A stretch of 64,000 nucleotides of DNA from Chiloscyllium plagiosum (Eukaryota), in assembly GCF_004010195.1 (NCBI RefSeq), contig NC_057716.1, positions 78,735,630 through 78,799,629 of the forward strand. The letters are read 5' to 3'. This document shows, piece after piece, positions 63,990 to 64,000 of the stretch (within the stretch, counting starts at the first letter, position 1; every line of letters begins with the position of its first letter). Both the position numbers and the translations under genes were made by a program. Below the pieces are notes generated by a model, which saw only the letters and a program-made list of their open reading frames with translations, had not been told where the DNA came from and did not search any database.

Positions 63990-64000
63990 GGGGGAGTTCA

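Overview
This is eukaryotic, AT-rich, repeat-dense non-coding DNA. It is almost certainly from a cartilaginous fish (shark or ray), judged by about 15 HE1-type V-SINEs and their partner HER1/CR1 LINEs. No intact host protein-coding gene, CRISPR array or prokaryotic feature is supported, and nearly all listed ORFs are repeat-derived or spurious. Contents: many CR1/HER1 LINE fragments; Penelope-like elements (PLEs) of two types with RT/GIY-YIG remnants and minimal hammerhead ribozyme (HHR) motifs; several 160-240 bp HHR-bearing fold-back elements with 12-17 bp target-site duplications (TSDs); a decayed Tigger/pogo transposon nested in a LINE; two DeuSINE-like copies; three further tRNA-SINE families; a 5S rRNA pseudogene; a ~500 bp local duplication; and two assembly gaps. 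The most notable pattern is that the inversion and truncation breakpoints of PLE-derived elements repeatedly fall inside or beside the hammerhead motif, producing MITE-like palindromes. Also notable are a head-to-head HE1 pair with shared variants and candidate minus-strand exons near 48-49 kb. Family names are from recognition of sequence motifs, not database searches, and boundaries of old repeats are approximate.
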